The notes beneath the pieces were generated by a model. The model was not told the DNA's origin and did no database searches. It was given only the letters and a program-made list of their open reading frames with translations. Positions 9,793 to 21,789 of a DNA stretch of 52,955 nucleotides are shown here, piece by piece (within the stretch, counting starts at the first letter, position 1; the number at the start of each line of letters is the position of its first letter). Source of the DNA: Fonticula alba ATCC 38817 (Eukaryota; Protista; Nucleariida); assembly GCA_000388065.2 (NCBI GenBank), contig KB932202.1. One strand, written 5' to 3'. Position numbers and translations under genes: made by a program.

Positions 9793-12184
9793 ATGCGCAC
9801 GGCCGGCCTGCCGCCGCCGCCTGCCGCCCTGCGATCCGACTCCAGCCGCGCTGGTGGCTCCCCGGCCCGCGCGCGGATCTCCCTCTTCGGCACCCCGGCC
9901 CAGCGCGCCGTCGCAATGCTTGCATCTCGGGTGGTGCGTGCCCCGGCCCCCGGAGGGGGGTGGGGGTGGGGGGGGGGGTGGCCCTGCCGTCGTCCTCGTG
10001 CCCGGCAGCTCCCCGTCACATGGACACACGCCCTCCGACCCTCGCTAACCGCTTGCACATGCGCCGACATGCTTCCCTCCCCGCCTTTCCTCCCCCATGG
10101 GCATGTGGCCTTTATCGTGTGCCCCCCCGGGTTTCCCCCCCCCCCCCTGGCCACGGCGGTGCATGCACACATAGCCGGTCTTTTTCTCGAGTCTTGATGC
10201 GCTCTACTTTTCAGAATACGAGAAGGCCCTGGCCGGGACGCTGTTGCCGCGTGCCCGGCCATCGGTTCCCCTTTTCCCGCCGACGGCCCCATCGCCGCCC
10301 ATGTTTTCCCGCCCGGCGACCATGCCGGCGACCGAGCGGCCGGTCCCTCGGGACCAGTCTTCCGCAAGCCTGACCACGGTGGCCTCGGAGCCCGGGACCG
10401 GTGTTGTCCCGGCGACCGGTGCCACCGAGCTTCACACCGCCCAAACCGACCTGGCCGAGTCGCCGGGCATGTTCCACGTCAAGCCGGCCCCCGCCTGCAC
10501 AACGGCCCTGCTGAGCGAGGTCCACGGCAGCGAGTTTGTCTGCCGCGCACTGGGCGAGACGTCGATGATGCCGATCGCCGACTCGCCCTTGCATGACGGC
10601 GGCATGGCCACCACCGGCGCCGGTCCCGGTGCCATTGCCGCCGTCACGGCCGCCGCCCCTGTCGGGCAGCCGGCCGCCGCCTCCGGCGGGCATGGAGAGG
10701 AGGGCGGCCTCCTGGCCGGTGGCGACCTGTCGGACTCCTTTTCGCTGGCCACATGTCGGCCGGGGACGCCTCTGCCTCCGTTGGTGGCCGAGCGCGAGCG
10801 TCATGCCATCGGCGCGGCCATCGAAGCTCTATCATTGCTCCATGGTGCGTCAAGCTCATCCTCCCTCGTGCCTCCCCTCTGTCCTGGCCGTTTTTCCTTG
10901 TCAGCCTCATCTCACCGATTACTTTGTGTGTTCCGTCGGATCTCCCCCCCCCCCCCTTCCTTCTCTTCCTCTTTCTCTCTCCCTCCCTCCCTCCCTCTCG
11001 GTTAGCCGGTTCCCAGTTTGCCGGAAGTCTGTCCGGTAGCTTGGTCTTCAATGAGATCTCCGTTGCCATCAGTGCGTGCCCCCAGGGGCCTTGGTACTTC
11101 CTTGTTTCCCCCCGCCCAGGAGGCGGAGGCGGCCTTGCTCTTGTCGAGTCTAACCACGTGAAATCTCCCCCCCCCCCCTCATCTTCCGCCTTCGCTTGTC
11201 GGGATAGACCATGCCGTTCGGCATCTGGGCTACCGGCGGATCCTAGTATGTGACCTGTCGTGGTACCCCCGGCCCAGCCAGTGGCCCGGGACCGAGGGCG
11301 ATCCTGCCGCCGACCTGACCACGGCCGCGGCGGCGGCCGCCGCCGCGGCCGGCCCCGGTGGCGCGGCCGAGGACGCCAGTGTCTTCACTCTGTCCATCCG
11401 CCCGAGCGGCGAGCTGATTGACGACTCGACCGGCGTTGTGGATCCGTCAGTCCCGCCGACGCCGCCCGCCCCCTCGGCGGCCGGGGCCTTTGAGGCCGGC
11501 GAGCAGCCCGGAAGCAACCAGCTGGTGATCGACATCAGCCCCGATGCCGCGGACCACGAGTACATTCCCCTGGTGTCGCGGTCTCTCCGGCGGGCCTTCG
11601 CCGTTTGGAAGCCGGATCTCATCGTCTACCATGCGGGGATCGAGTCCTTCTTCTCGGAGCCTCCTCCCTGCCAGCGGCTCCCCTCGGGCCGGCTGATTCA
11701 GTACCGGCCATCGCGGGTCACCCGCCAGGGGCTGTCCGAGCGGAACCGGCTCCTATATGAGCTGGCCATTGCAGCCGGAGCGCCGGTTCTCACGCTGGCT
11801 GGCGCGCCGCCCGTCATCCCTGCCTGCCTGGAGGATGAGGCCGATGCTGATGCCAATGCCCCGGTTGGCTTTTCTTGCCCCTCCTCCCCTGCTGCGGCAT
11901 CCTCCTCCCCGGTCGGGGTTGCCGGCGGTGCTTCCGCCCTCGGGGGCACCCCTTCAGAATCCCCTCAGCCCGGTGGTGGCTGCCCGGTGGCACCCTCCCC
12001 CACGGCCATGGTGTCTGGCCGGCCGGGCAGCGGCCCGCCAATGCCCGCCTCCTCGCCGGTGCCCGGCCTTTCGCTGCCGGTCTTCCGGGCCCGGCGGTCG
12101 GCCGCCTCCGCTGCTCGCGCGGATCTCTTCCGCGCCGCGGCCCAGGTGCTGGCCGTGCACAACCACCGCCAGTTCTTCTTCTGA
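9793..12184 (+). CDS. Histone-deacetylase-fold protein (HDAC11/class IV-like) with degenerate active site, probable pseudoenzyme; 4 exons, about 617 aa
   Basis: Exons 9793-9933 (least certain), 10175-10844, 11006-11071, 11208-12184 join in frame (1854 nt). HDAC scaffold motifs appear in the correct order: EYEKALAGTL, RERHAIGAAIEA, VFNEISVAI, RRILVCDL, VFTLSI, DHEYIPLVSRSLRRAFAVWKPDLIVYHAG, RQGLSERNRLLYELAIAAGAPVLTLAG. Confidence 0.75.
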
Positions 12185-12805
12185 GCGTCGCGCGCGCGCA
12201 TGCACACATGATCGCGCAGAAAGCGCGCCTCCCACACCCCCTGTCCTTGTTCCTGTTTCCACTGCCCTCCCCTTTCCCCAGCCGCCCTCGGCGCGTCCCC
12301 CACCATCGGGGTGCGCACATACTGGCGGGGGGGGGGGGGGGGGGCTCCTCCCCGAATTTGGGGGGCGGGGTCTCCCATCGTACATGTGTCTGTGTGCGCC
12401 CACGGGGGGCACCAGTGTCGCATTTCCCTCACCTCCCTCTCCCCCCTCTGCAAAGCGAGAAATACACTCCTCCCCTCCCCCCTCACCCCCCTCCGAGGGT
12501 CCCCCTCCTCCTCCTCCTCTGGCGAGGGTTTCCAGCCACCTCATGAATGTCACCCGAGACGCATACACTAGGGAGGGCTGGGTCGGTCTAATGGTGAGAA
12601 GGGGAGGGGGGCAACGCACGCCAAGCAGCATACGGACCATTGGACTTCAGTAGTCCGGCGATCTGGGAAGGGCTCTTCGCCAACGAATCGCGAAGCAGCT
12701 TCGGCATAGCCCGGAAAGGGGGCCAAGCTGCGTGTGGTTCCCCCCCTTCCAAGCTACTCGGGCATAGGCCTCCTGTGTGTGTGTGTGGGGGGGGGGGGGG
12801 GGCCT

Positions 12806-14760
12806 TCACTCGAATGGGTTGATGAAGAGCATTCGATTGCCGGAGCCCCGCGGGTCGGTCACCAGGTCCGGGACAGACCGGTCGAGAAGGGCCTGCTTCA
12901 TGCGAACCTGGTCCATGGAGGCATCTTGGGCCAGCATGAGGGCCGCCGCACCGCCTGCCGGGCACAAGAGAGAAATCCCGCCAGGGCCCACCGAGCCAGG
13001 GCCGAGGGGGGGGGGGGGGAATGTGACGGTCAGCAAGGGGAGCACCGCCTGTCAAGCGGGACCCCCCTCTCGGCGAGACACCGATCGAGGGCCGCCTTCC
13101 TGGACGCGGAAACCCCCAGCAAAGGTGCACGGAAGAAAAAAAAAGGGGGCACATACTGACATGCGGACAGGCCATCGACGTGCCGGACAGGGCTCGGGTG
13201 TTGGTCCGGGAGTTGCCGATCCAGGCGCTGGTGATGCTGACCCCGGGAGCGAAGATGTCCACGCACTTGCCATGATTGGAGAAGGAGGCCCGGTGGTCGG
13301 CACGATCAACGGCGCCGACCGTGATCACCGAGGGAATGCGCGCCGGGGAGACGAAGCACGAGTCGCGGTTCTCATTGCCGGCCGCCGCCACCAGGATGAT
13401 GCCCTCCTCGATGGCGATCTTCACCGCATTGTCGATGATATTCGACCCCGGGCTCCCGAGGGACAGGGAGATGATCGACCGAGCCCCGGGCACCTTGCGG
13501 TGCTCCTTGGTCACCCAGGTGATGCCGGCCGCCACGTTGGACATGGCCCCGGCCCCGGAGGCCCCGAGGACCTTGACGCCCACCACATTGGCGGCCTTGG
13601 CAATGCCGAAGGTGATGCCGGCTGCGGGGCCAAAGCGGGTGTCAGATACGGGGGCTTCGGCCGGGGGCACGCTCGGCTCTCGGCTCGCGCATCGTGTTGC
13701 CCGGCCCCCTCCCCTCCCCTCTCTTTGCCTTTCTCTCTCTCGCCCCCCCCCTCTCTCTCTCTCTCTCTCGCACGCGCGCGCGTTCAGGTATCGCCCTCGC
13801 GCCGAGACGCCCCAGGAGGGCCCGGCTGCCGGGTGGTCCCCGCCTCCCGGGCCCTCTTCCTGGCAATGCTGACCCGTGATACGTACCGATGGTCCCGGCA
13901 CAGTGTGTGCCATGGCCATTGTCATCATAGGACCCGGGCTTGCCCAGGGATCCGCCGCGGTGGAAATTCCACCCGGCCCGAGCACGGGTCCCAAACTCCC
14001 GGTGGTCATGCTGGATCCCGGTGTCCAGCACGTAGACATCCACCCCGCGGCCACCCTCGGCGTCGAAGTAGTACCGCCGGTCGAGAGGCAGCTGGCGCTG
14101 ATCCACCCGGTCCAAGCCCCAAGTGGGGTTCAGCTGGATGGTGACATCGCGCGTCTTCGCGCCGGGGTCCTCGGCCCGGGGCGGCGGGGGGACGCGCGGC
14201 GCGCTGGCCGGCCCATTCGGAGCGTCACCCCCCCCGCCCGGGCGCTTGGGCCCGAGCAGGGGGGGCAAGATGCGCCGGTCGGGGACCGGAGCCTCGATGG
14301 ACACCACCAAATCGTGCTCGATGTACTCGATGATGTCCGAGCGGTTGCGCACGCGCGCCAGCAGGTGCGGGCTCAAGCGGGCGGCCAACGCCCGAAGCCG
14401 CGAGCCAAAGGTGATCATCCGCCCGTCCGGGGCCCAGCGGGCGGAAAACTCCCCAAACAGCCCATCATCCACATCGCTGCGGAAGACGATGATATACTTG
14501 TCGGGGATGATGACGGCATTGCGCTCGGCCTGCAGCAGTGGCACCAGCTCGCGCAGGCGACTGACCGTGGCCCGGAGCGGTGTGCGCACCGTGTCCGGGG
14601 TCATGGACGCCGGTGGTGGGGGCCAGATCCCCGGGCCGGTGGGCATTTCCGCATGTCGACGGTCGCGGCTCTCGGCCGGTGCGGCCACCTCCAGCGCTCG
14701 AAGCACCCCGGCCAGCAGGAGAAGCAGCACAACCACGTGCGGAAGGGTACGTCGAGCCAT
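12806..14760 (-). CDS. Secreted subtilisin-like serine protease (S8A, proteinase K type) with signal peptide and I9 prodomain; 3 exons, about 495 aa
   Basis: Exons 14760-13887, 13621-13157, 12954-12806 (1488 nt). Signal peptide [22 protein letters not shown]; I9-like KYIIVFR...[10 protein letters not shown]; mature-domain start [13 protein letters not shown]; intact triad VLDTGI / [12 protein letters not shown] / GTSMACPHV. Confidence 0.95.
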
Positions 14761-15485
14761 GGCCTGAAGGGGGGAGGGGGTGGCGGCGGCGGCGGCTGTG
14801 CGGGGATGAGGGATGAGGGGCGGGGGAGGAGGGGGGGGGGGGGGGGGGGTAGAGGGGCAGCAACACAGGTAGGGCGTGAGGACACGGCACAGAGCTGGGA
14901 GGCGAGCACGCAAGGATGTCGAAGCTAAAAGAAGGACGAAGGACAGGATTGCTGGTGTTGCAAAGACGGCCCAGGCCATCTGGTGGCAGGGGGGGGGGGC
15001 CTTTTCTGGCCACTGCTGGTGGCGAACACCCTCGACGCCGCTTTCAAAGTAGCCCAGCAGTGGCAGGCCGCCCGGTCGGCCAGCCACCCGCCCAAAGGAC
15101 ACACCAAGCATAGCGGAGGCTGCCGCGCAAGGTGCCGGGGACACACAAGGCATGCCCCCCCCCCCCCCGCCCGAGCAGCTGGCCTGCAATAGGCCCCGCG
15201 CTGATCCCCCTCCGCCCTGCCATGGCAGCCCCCTGCTGACATATGCATTCGCATCGCAGCCCCCCAGACGAGCGGCATGGTAGACGCCCTGCTCGGGAAT
15301 GCGACGCATTTGCGGGGCACATAAAGGGCAAGACATCGGCAAACAGAACCACGGCATGGAAATGCCCGGGAAAAGAAACAGGGATCTCTCTATTGCTCCC
15401 GGGGGGGGGGGACCGCCGGGGAAGAAGCAAACACTGGCGCAGGTGCAATCGAGGGCTAGGTGTCAAATTTGATGGGCACGTGTCT

Positions 15486-16640
15486 CTACTCATCGTCACT
15501 GTCGTCATCCGACAGCATGAGATCACGGTTCTTCAGGGCGTTGCCCATGTGATAGTGCATCTTGCGGTGGTGGGCAAATTCCTGCTTCCGCTGGAGAGCT
15601 TTGCGGGATGGGGATTTGGATTTGGGTTAGCACACGCTGCCGGGGGGGGGGGGGGGGGGCCGGGGGCCGGTCGCCGGGGACGACGCTTGGCCGACGCCTG
15701 GAAAGGGCCGCCAGGGTCGGGTGCCAAGGTGCGGCCGGGCGCGGGGCCATTTTACGCAGGGTCCCGGCACTGATCCGACGGCAGGTCCGTCCCCGGTTGG
15801 GCGCGGCTTGGATGCAGAGCGCGCGCGCGCGCGCGCGTGTGGAGGGGGGCGTGCAGTGAAGAATGGCCCGGCACACACAACACGGGGGAGGGGGGGGGGG
15901 GGGGGGGGAGATGCAAAATGGGCGCCGGTGCGTACCCTCAGGGCTGTTGTCCTCGTCCTCCTCGTCGTCGGAGGGCGGGTGGTCGAAGTCCGGGACGAAG
16001 TCGACATTCGCACTGAAGGAGGGCGAATGCTGCGGATCGTTGGAAGAGGGGTCCTCCATCTCCGGGGCCGCCTCGAAGATGGACTGCGCCATGATTTCTT
16101 CGAGCTTCTCCGGGGCGGCGATATTCCCGTCAACTGGTGGGGCGTGCCAGGCGCATGCGGTGCATCCGGGGGCGGCGCGGCGCGGCGCGGCGCGGTGCGG
16201 CGCGAGGTCAGAGGCATGGGTCAAGGCCAGGGGGGAAAAAAAGCCGGCAGGCGATGGACACCCGAAGTGAGGGCCGAAGGGGGAGCGCACTGTCACGGAT
16301 GCCGATGATCTCATCGCCAGCATCATTGTAATACACAAAGGGGGTCTTTGGCTCGGTGATCTTCATGGTGGCCGTGCGATTGGATTCATTCTCGCGGAGG
16401 TTTTCCTCGTTCCAAGTGATTGACCGCTTGGCGGGGCTAGAGGCACCCCGCAGGCGTGGGCCAGGAGCACGGACAGGCCAGGAGGCGACAGCGGAGATGC
16501 AAGATGTGAGGGTGAGGCTGGGCTCGTGGGGGGAATGGCATCCGGGAGAGAGAGATGGCGACAGGGACATACTGCTGGTGCTGGTCCAACTGCTGGGAGG
16601 CCCGGGCGGCTGAGACGTCCTTCAAGATCCCGTCGGTCAT
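15486..16640 (-). CDS. PPP1R2: Protein phosphatase 1 inhibitor-2 (IPP-2/Glc8); 4 exons, about 174 aa
   Basis: Exons 16640-16573, 16436-16291, 16133-15936, 15598-15486 (525 nt). Motifs GILK (PP1-binding SILK-type), KRSITWNEENL, KITEPKTPF (phospho-Thr site), acidic tract, and FAHHRKMHYHMG (F..KRK.HY type). Confidence 0.9.
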
Positions 16641-18926
16641 GGCAGCGGGGGTGGAGGGGAAAAGGGCAAAGGAAGGGGACGTGCGGCGGAGAATAGACGC
16701 GAAGGCGAGCGGGAGCGATCGAGGCCAGAGGTGATGGCCGGTGCGCGGTGAAGCCGGCCCCGAACGGGGTCTCTTTCAGATCTGGGGGCGCATTATGGGG
16801 AAGTGATGCCTGCCCCGCCCCCCCCCCCCATCCAGGTCCCGGGTCAGGCAGGCCGGCGCCGCTGTGTCAATTGTTTCATGACCGAAGGGCGGGCGGTCCC
16901 GAGCCAGTGGCAGGAGGGGGGCGGGCGGGGGCTGCCCGCCGGGTCGAATAGTCGACCAAGGGAAGAAGGACAATCATCACGGCCTTGTGTAGAAGTGAGC
17001 CGCACACACACACACGCCAACATCCAGTCCAGGGCGCAGCCAATGATCGGGGCGCGAACAAGTTTGAAGGAAGGCGCGCCGCTGGCCACATGCTCCCGGT
17101 AACATGTGACCGCCTTTCAGGTGCTCGGCCTACATTTCCCCAAACTTTTTTGAGTGGCGCGCTGACCGGGCCCCCGCCGCCCCGGGGCCTGGGGGGCGAG
17201 GCAGACGGGGCGAGGCAGACAGGGCGAGGAGGGCTGGCCGCCCGGAAAGAGTCCTGCCCGGCCGTCGGTCGGGACCGGAGCCGGGGGGGGGGGGGGGAGC
17301 CGTTTCATCTGGGTATCCTGGGCGNNNNNNNNNNNNNNNNNNNNNNNNNNNNNNNNNNNNNNNNNNNNNNNNNNNNNNNNNNNNNNNNNNNNNNNNNNNN
17401 NNNNNNNNNNNNNNNNNNNNNNNNNNNNNNNNNNNNNNNNNNNNNNNNNNNNNNNNNNNNNNNNNNNNNNNNNNNNNNNNNNNNNNNNNNNNNNNNNNNN
17501 NNNNNNNNNNNNNNNNNNNNNNNNNNNNNNNNNNNNNNNNNNNNNNNNNNNNNNNNNNNNNNNNNNNNNNNNNNNNNNNNNNNNNNNNNNNNNNNNNNNN
17601 NNNNNNNNNNNNNNNNNNNNNNNNNNNNNNNNNNNNNNNNNNNNNNNNNNNNNNNNNNNNNNNNNNNNNNNNNNCGTCGGTCGGGACCGGAGCCGGGGGG
17701 GGGGGGGGAGCCGTTTCATCTGGGTATCCTGGGCGTGCGGGTTTCCCTCTCATGGGGGGGGGGGCGACAGCGACACCCTGGTGGCTAGGGGGCGTAGGCA
17801 GGTTGGCTCTTGGGGAGAGGGGCGGGGGAGGGGGGGATGCCATTCGTCAAAGGCTGGCGCGTGGATCCCAGGCGACGCGCTTCGAGAACCCGGGAGGAAC
17901 GGCCGCCGCGTCGATCGTGCCGCTGGGGCACAGATGGGGCGCGCCCGATCACCGGCGCCTCCGCGAGCGTGCGCGCGCGGCCCTCTACCCGTGCCTGCCG
18001 AAGGCGCCAGAAGGCAGGCCGATCGAGTGAAACCAAAACGTTGGCGCAGCTGGTGTCCCTCGATAGGGGCGATACGTGGAGCGGGGGGGGGGGGGCAGGG
18101 AAAGACGAGGTGTAGAGCCCGTGCGTGCATATGCGCGGGTGTCGGTGCGTGTGTGTTCGGGGCTCGGGCCCGACATGAGAATGGGACCGCCTGGCCAGCC
18201 CGGCCGGGAGTGGGGGGGGGGGGGCGGCCGGCCGGCGGGGCTCCCGCGGGGGAGGGCCCCGCTGGGCATGCAACGAGGCCTGGTTGGAAAAACAGGCATC
18301 CGCCGCCACTGCCGCCTCGGGGGCCTGGCGGGCGCCCTTCAAACGCGGGCAGAGCCCCCTGGCATTAGACGCGGCCTGCTCGGCTGGCCCGGCTCGTCCT
18401 CCGGGCGACGAGGGCGCCGGCGGCGCGCGCGCGCGCGTGCGCGCGTATCGAGTTGGGGGTAAAATGCCCCGGGGCGCATGGTCCGCCTGCCTGCGGCGGC
18501 TGCCAGCCGGAGGGGTGCGCATCTACATGCTGGTCGGAGTGTCTGTCTGTCTGTGTGTATGTTTATCTAAGTGCCTCCGCGGCTTGGTGGCATGAAAACC
18601 GGGGGCCCCTCGCTTCCCAGCCAGGCTTTGAGGGAGTCCCGAGTTCACCCTGGATGGGGGTGCCCGCGCGGAATAATTGACCCCGGGCCGCTAACTCTCG
18701 GGGGAGAGGGGGCTGGGCACAACCTGCCTCGCCGCCCCCGGGAGGGGAAAACGTCGATCTGTCTCTCCCGAGCCGTATCTCCCGGAGGGAACAGGTTCCC
18801 CCCCGCCAAGGGCTCCTCCGACCGGCGAGTCCGACACGGGCCCGACCCCAGGGACAACCGGCATATAGTGATTGCGCTTTGTCCGGCCAGGGTGGGAGAC
18901 AGCCAAGGAAGACCAACTTGGGCTTT

Positions 18927-18928
<2 letters not shown>

Positions 18929-18962
<34 letters not shown>

Positions 18963-19659
18963 NNNNNNNNNNNNNNNNNNNNNNNNNNNNNNNNNNNNNN
19001 NNNNNNNNNNNNNNNNNNNNNNNNNNNNNNNNNNNNNNNNNNNNNNNNNNNNNNNNNNNNNNNNNNNNNNNNNNNNNNNNNNNNNNNNNNNNNNNNNNNN
19101 NNNNNNNNNNNNNNNNNNNNNNNNNNNNNNNNNNNNNNNNNNNNNNNNNNNNNNNNNNNNNNNNNNNNNNNNNNNNNNNNNNNNNNNNNNNNNNNNNNNN
19201 NNNNNNNNNNNNNNNNNNNNNNNNNNNNNNNNNNNNNNNNNNNNNNNNNNNNNNNNNNNNNNNNNNNNNNNNNNNNNNNNNNNNNNNNNNNNNNNNNNNN
19301 NNNNNNNNNNNNNNNNNNNNNNNNNNNNNNNNNNNNNNNNNNNNNNNNNNNNNNNNNNNNNNNNNNNNNNNNNNNNNNNNNNNNNNNNNNNNNNNNNNNN
19401 NNNNNNNNNNNNNNNNNNNNNNNNNNNNNNNNNNNNNNNNNNNNNNNNNNNNNNNNNNNNNNNNNNNNNNNNNNNNNNNNNNNNNNNNNNNNNNNNNNNN
19501 NNNNNNNNNNNNNNNNNNNNNNNNNNNNNNNNNNNNNNNNNNNNNNNNNNNNNNNNNNNNNNNNNNNNNNNNNNNNNNNNNNNNNNNNNNNNNNNNNNNN
19601 NNNNNNNNNNNNNNNNNNNNNNNNNNNNNNNNNNNNNNNNNNNNNNNNNNNNNNNNNNG

Positions 19660-19734
<75 letters not shown>

Positions 19735-19820
19735 GGCCCGAAGGGGGGGGGGGGGGGGGGGGACGGCGGCCCGCCCCCGGGGCGGCGGGGGGGGGGCCCG
19801 GGGGGCGGGGGGGGGGGGGG
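18929..19820. repeat. Long poly-C/poly-G tracts flanking assembly gap 18963-19658
   Basis: More than 30 C before the gap and more than 70 C after it, followed by G-runs. Similar tracts abut gaps at 20829 and 49017. Confidence 0.85.
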
Positions 19821-21789
19821 GGCCTGGGAGCCTTCCGGCGGATGTTAACGGGAAGGCCCATGGTGCGGGAACTTGTCCATGCACATGACACCTGCCCCCT
19901 TCGCCGCCTCGCGGCCCGCAGCCGGTCGGGGCGAAAGGCCCCAGGACCTTGAGGGCAATCCCTCCAAGCGGAGCCCTTCATCCATGCGCCAGCCCGAGGG
20001 GGGGCGGGGGGGGAGAGCGCGTGGAGCTCGCTCGTCGGCGAACAGCGCCAAGCGACTGCCCCCCTCTGGGCACCCCCATGCAGCGGAATGGGGCGAGCCT
20101 TGTAGACCGGAGATCTGGCTGGGGAGCCCCACCCCCCCCCATTTGGGGGGCCGGGTGCGGGGGACCTCGTGCGGTACACCCCCCGCCCCCGACCGGACAT
20201 CGGGATCGGCGGCCGGATGTGGGTGGCTCGGCCGAAATGAACCGCCCAAACGCGCGCGCGTTGCACGTTGTCCGCCTGAGGTGTCCCTACTCGCATCCTG
20301 GCCACTTGTCCGCGCGCCTGCCCCTTGCCCTCCGCAGAACAGGAGCCATTCTCAGACCCAGGGCCGCGGGGCGAGATGCTCGATCGCCGGGGCCGGGGCT
20401 CAGCTGCCGGTGCCCGTTCTCCCGGTCCAGGGCGACCGGGCGCTGAACTTGCAGGTTCAGGCGTGCGCGCGCAAGCGCAAGCGCCAACATGGCGGCCCGA
20501 GTACCCGTGACAAGACAAGACCGTCACCCGGTCGGCGATGCGGACCGGCTGGGAGGAAGGGGGCGGGGGGGGGGGCAATTAAAACCCGCCTGCCGGCCCA
20601 AAGGACGGGTGGCGACCGCCAATCAGATGTGCATCCTCGCCCGGTTCACACGCGCCGGATGTGGGCACACGCGTGTCTCGGCAGCGGGCGCTTTCGCCCG
20701 CACAGAGCGCCCCCTTCGCCGCGCGACCACTGACGACGCTTTGGGCTTGCGAGGGCGGGACGGGCAAGGAAATCCCCCCCAGGCGTGGGTGACTACTAGC
20801 GTCGCGCCGCGCCCCCGCCCCCCCCCCCNNNNNNNNNNNNNNNNNNNNNNNNNNNNNNNNNNNNNNNNNNNNNNNNNNNNNNNNNNNNNNNNNNNNNNNN
20901 NNNNNNNNNNNNNNNNNNNNNNNNNNNNNNNNNNNNNNNNNNNNNNNNNNNNNNNNNNNNNNNNNNNNNNNNNNNNNNNNNNNNNNNNNNNNNNNNNNNN
21001 NNNNNNNNNNNNNNNNNNNNNNNNNNNNNNNNNNNNNNNNNNNNNNNNNNNNNNNNNNNNNNNNNNNNNNNNNNNNNNNNNNNNNNNNNNNNNNNNNNNN
21101 NNNNNNNNNNNNNNNNNNNNNNNNNNNNNNNNNNNNNNNNNNNNNNNNNNNNNNNNNNNNNNNNNNNNNNNNNNNNNNNNNNNNNNNNNNNNNNNNNNNN
21201 NNNNNNNNNNNNNNNNNNNNNNNNNNNNNNNNNNNNNNNNNNNNNNNNNNNNNNNNNNNNNNNNNNNNNNNNNNNNNNNNNNNNNNNNNNNNNNNNNNNN
21301 NNNNNNNNNNNNNNNNNNNNNNNNNNNNNNNNNNNNNNNNNNNNNNNNNNNNNNNNNNNNNNNNNNNNNNNNNNNNNNNNNNNNNNNNNNNNNNNNNNNN
21401 NNNNNNNNNNNNNNNNNNNNNNNNNNNNNNNNNNNNNNNNNNNNNNNNNNNNNNNNNNNNNNNNNNNNNNNNNNNNNNNNNNNNNNNNNNNNNCCTGCGC
21501 CAAGGCCACATGGTGCCATTCCCGCCGCGGAGAGGGCAGGACGGAGAAGGGGCACGCACTTTTGCGCGGGCGCCCTCGTGCCCGCGAATCCCCTCGCCCC
21601 ACAACCGCTCGCCGTCGACCACCTCCCTCCCTCCCCTCTCCCCCCCCCCCTTGTATGCCCATCTCGCACCTCGCCTGCACTGGCCCTCCCCTCGCTGACA
21701 CGACCTTCGCTCCTGCGCCGGCTGCGCTGCCCGCCCCTCTCCCTCCCTTGCCCCCGCCCCCCTCTGCCCCCCCACTCTCACACACAGAT

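Noticed and set aside
14761-14975. In-frame upstream hydrophobic stretch before the subtilisin (MAWAVFATPAILSFVLLLAST...), suggesting a second signal or anchor
   Set aside because: The intervening sequence is a C-rich tract ending in cttcAG just before GCCATG, which looks like a 5' UTR intron; pyrimidine-rich DNA translates as hydrophobic by default.
12806-16640. Protease next to an 'inhibitor' gene as a protease-inhibitor pair
   Set aside because: IPP-2 inhibits protein phosphatase 1, not proteases; the adjacency has no mechanistic link.
17263-17735. About 62-nt direct repeat on both sides of gap 17325-17674 (17263-17324 versus 17675-17735)
   Set aside because: The copies differ only in poly-G length and sit exactly at the contig ends: an unmerged overlap, not an LTR or target-site duplication.
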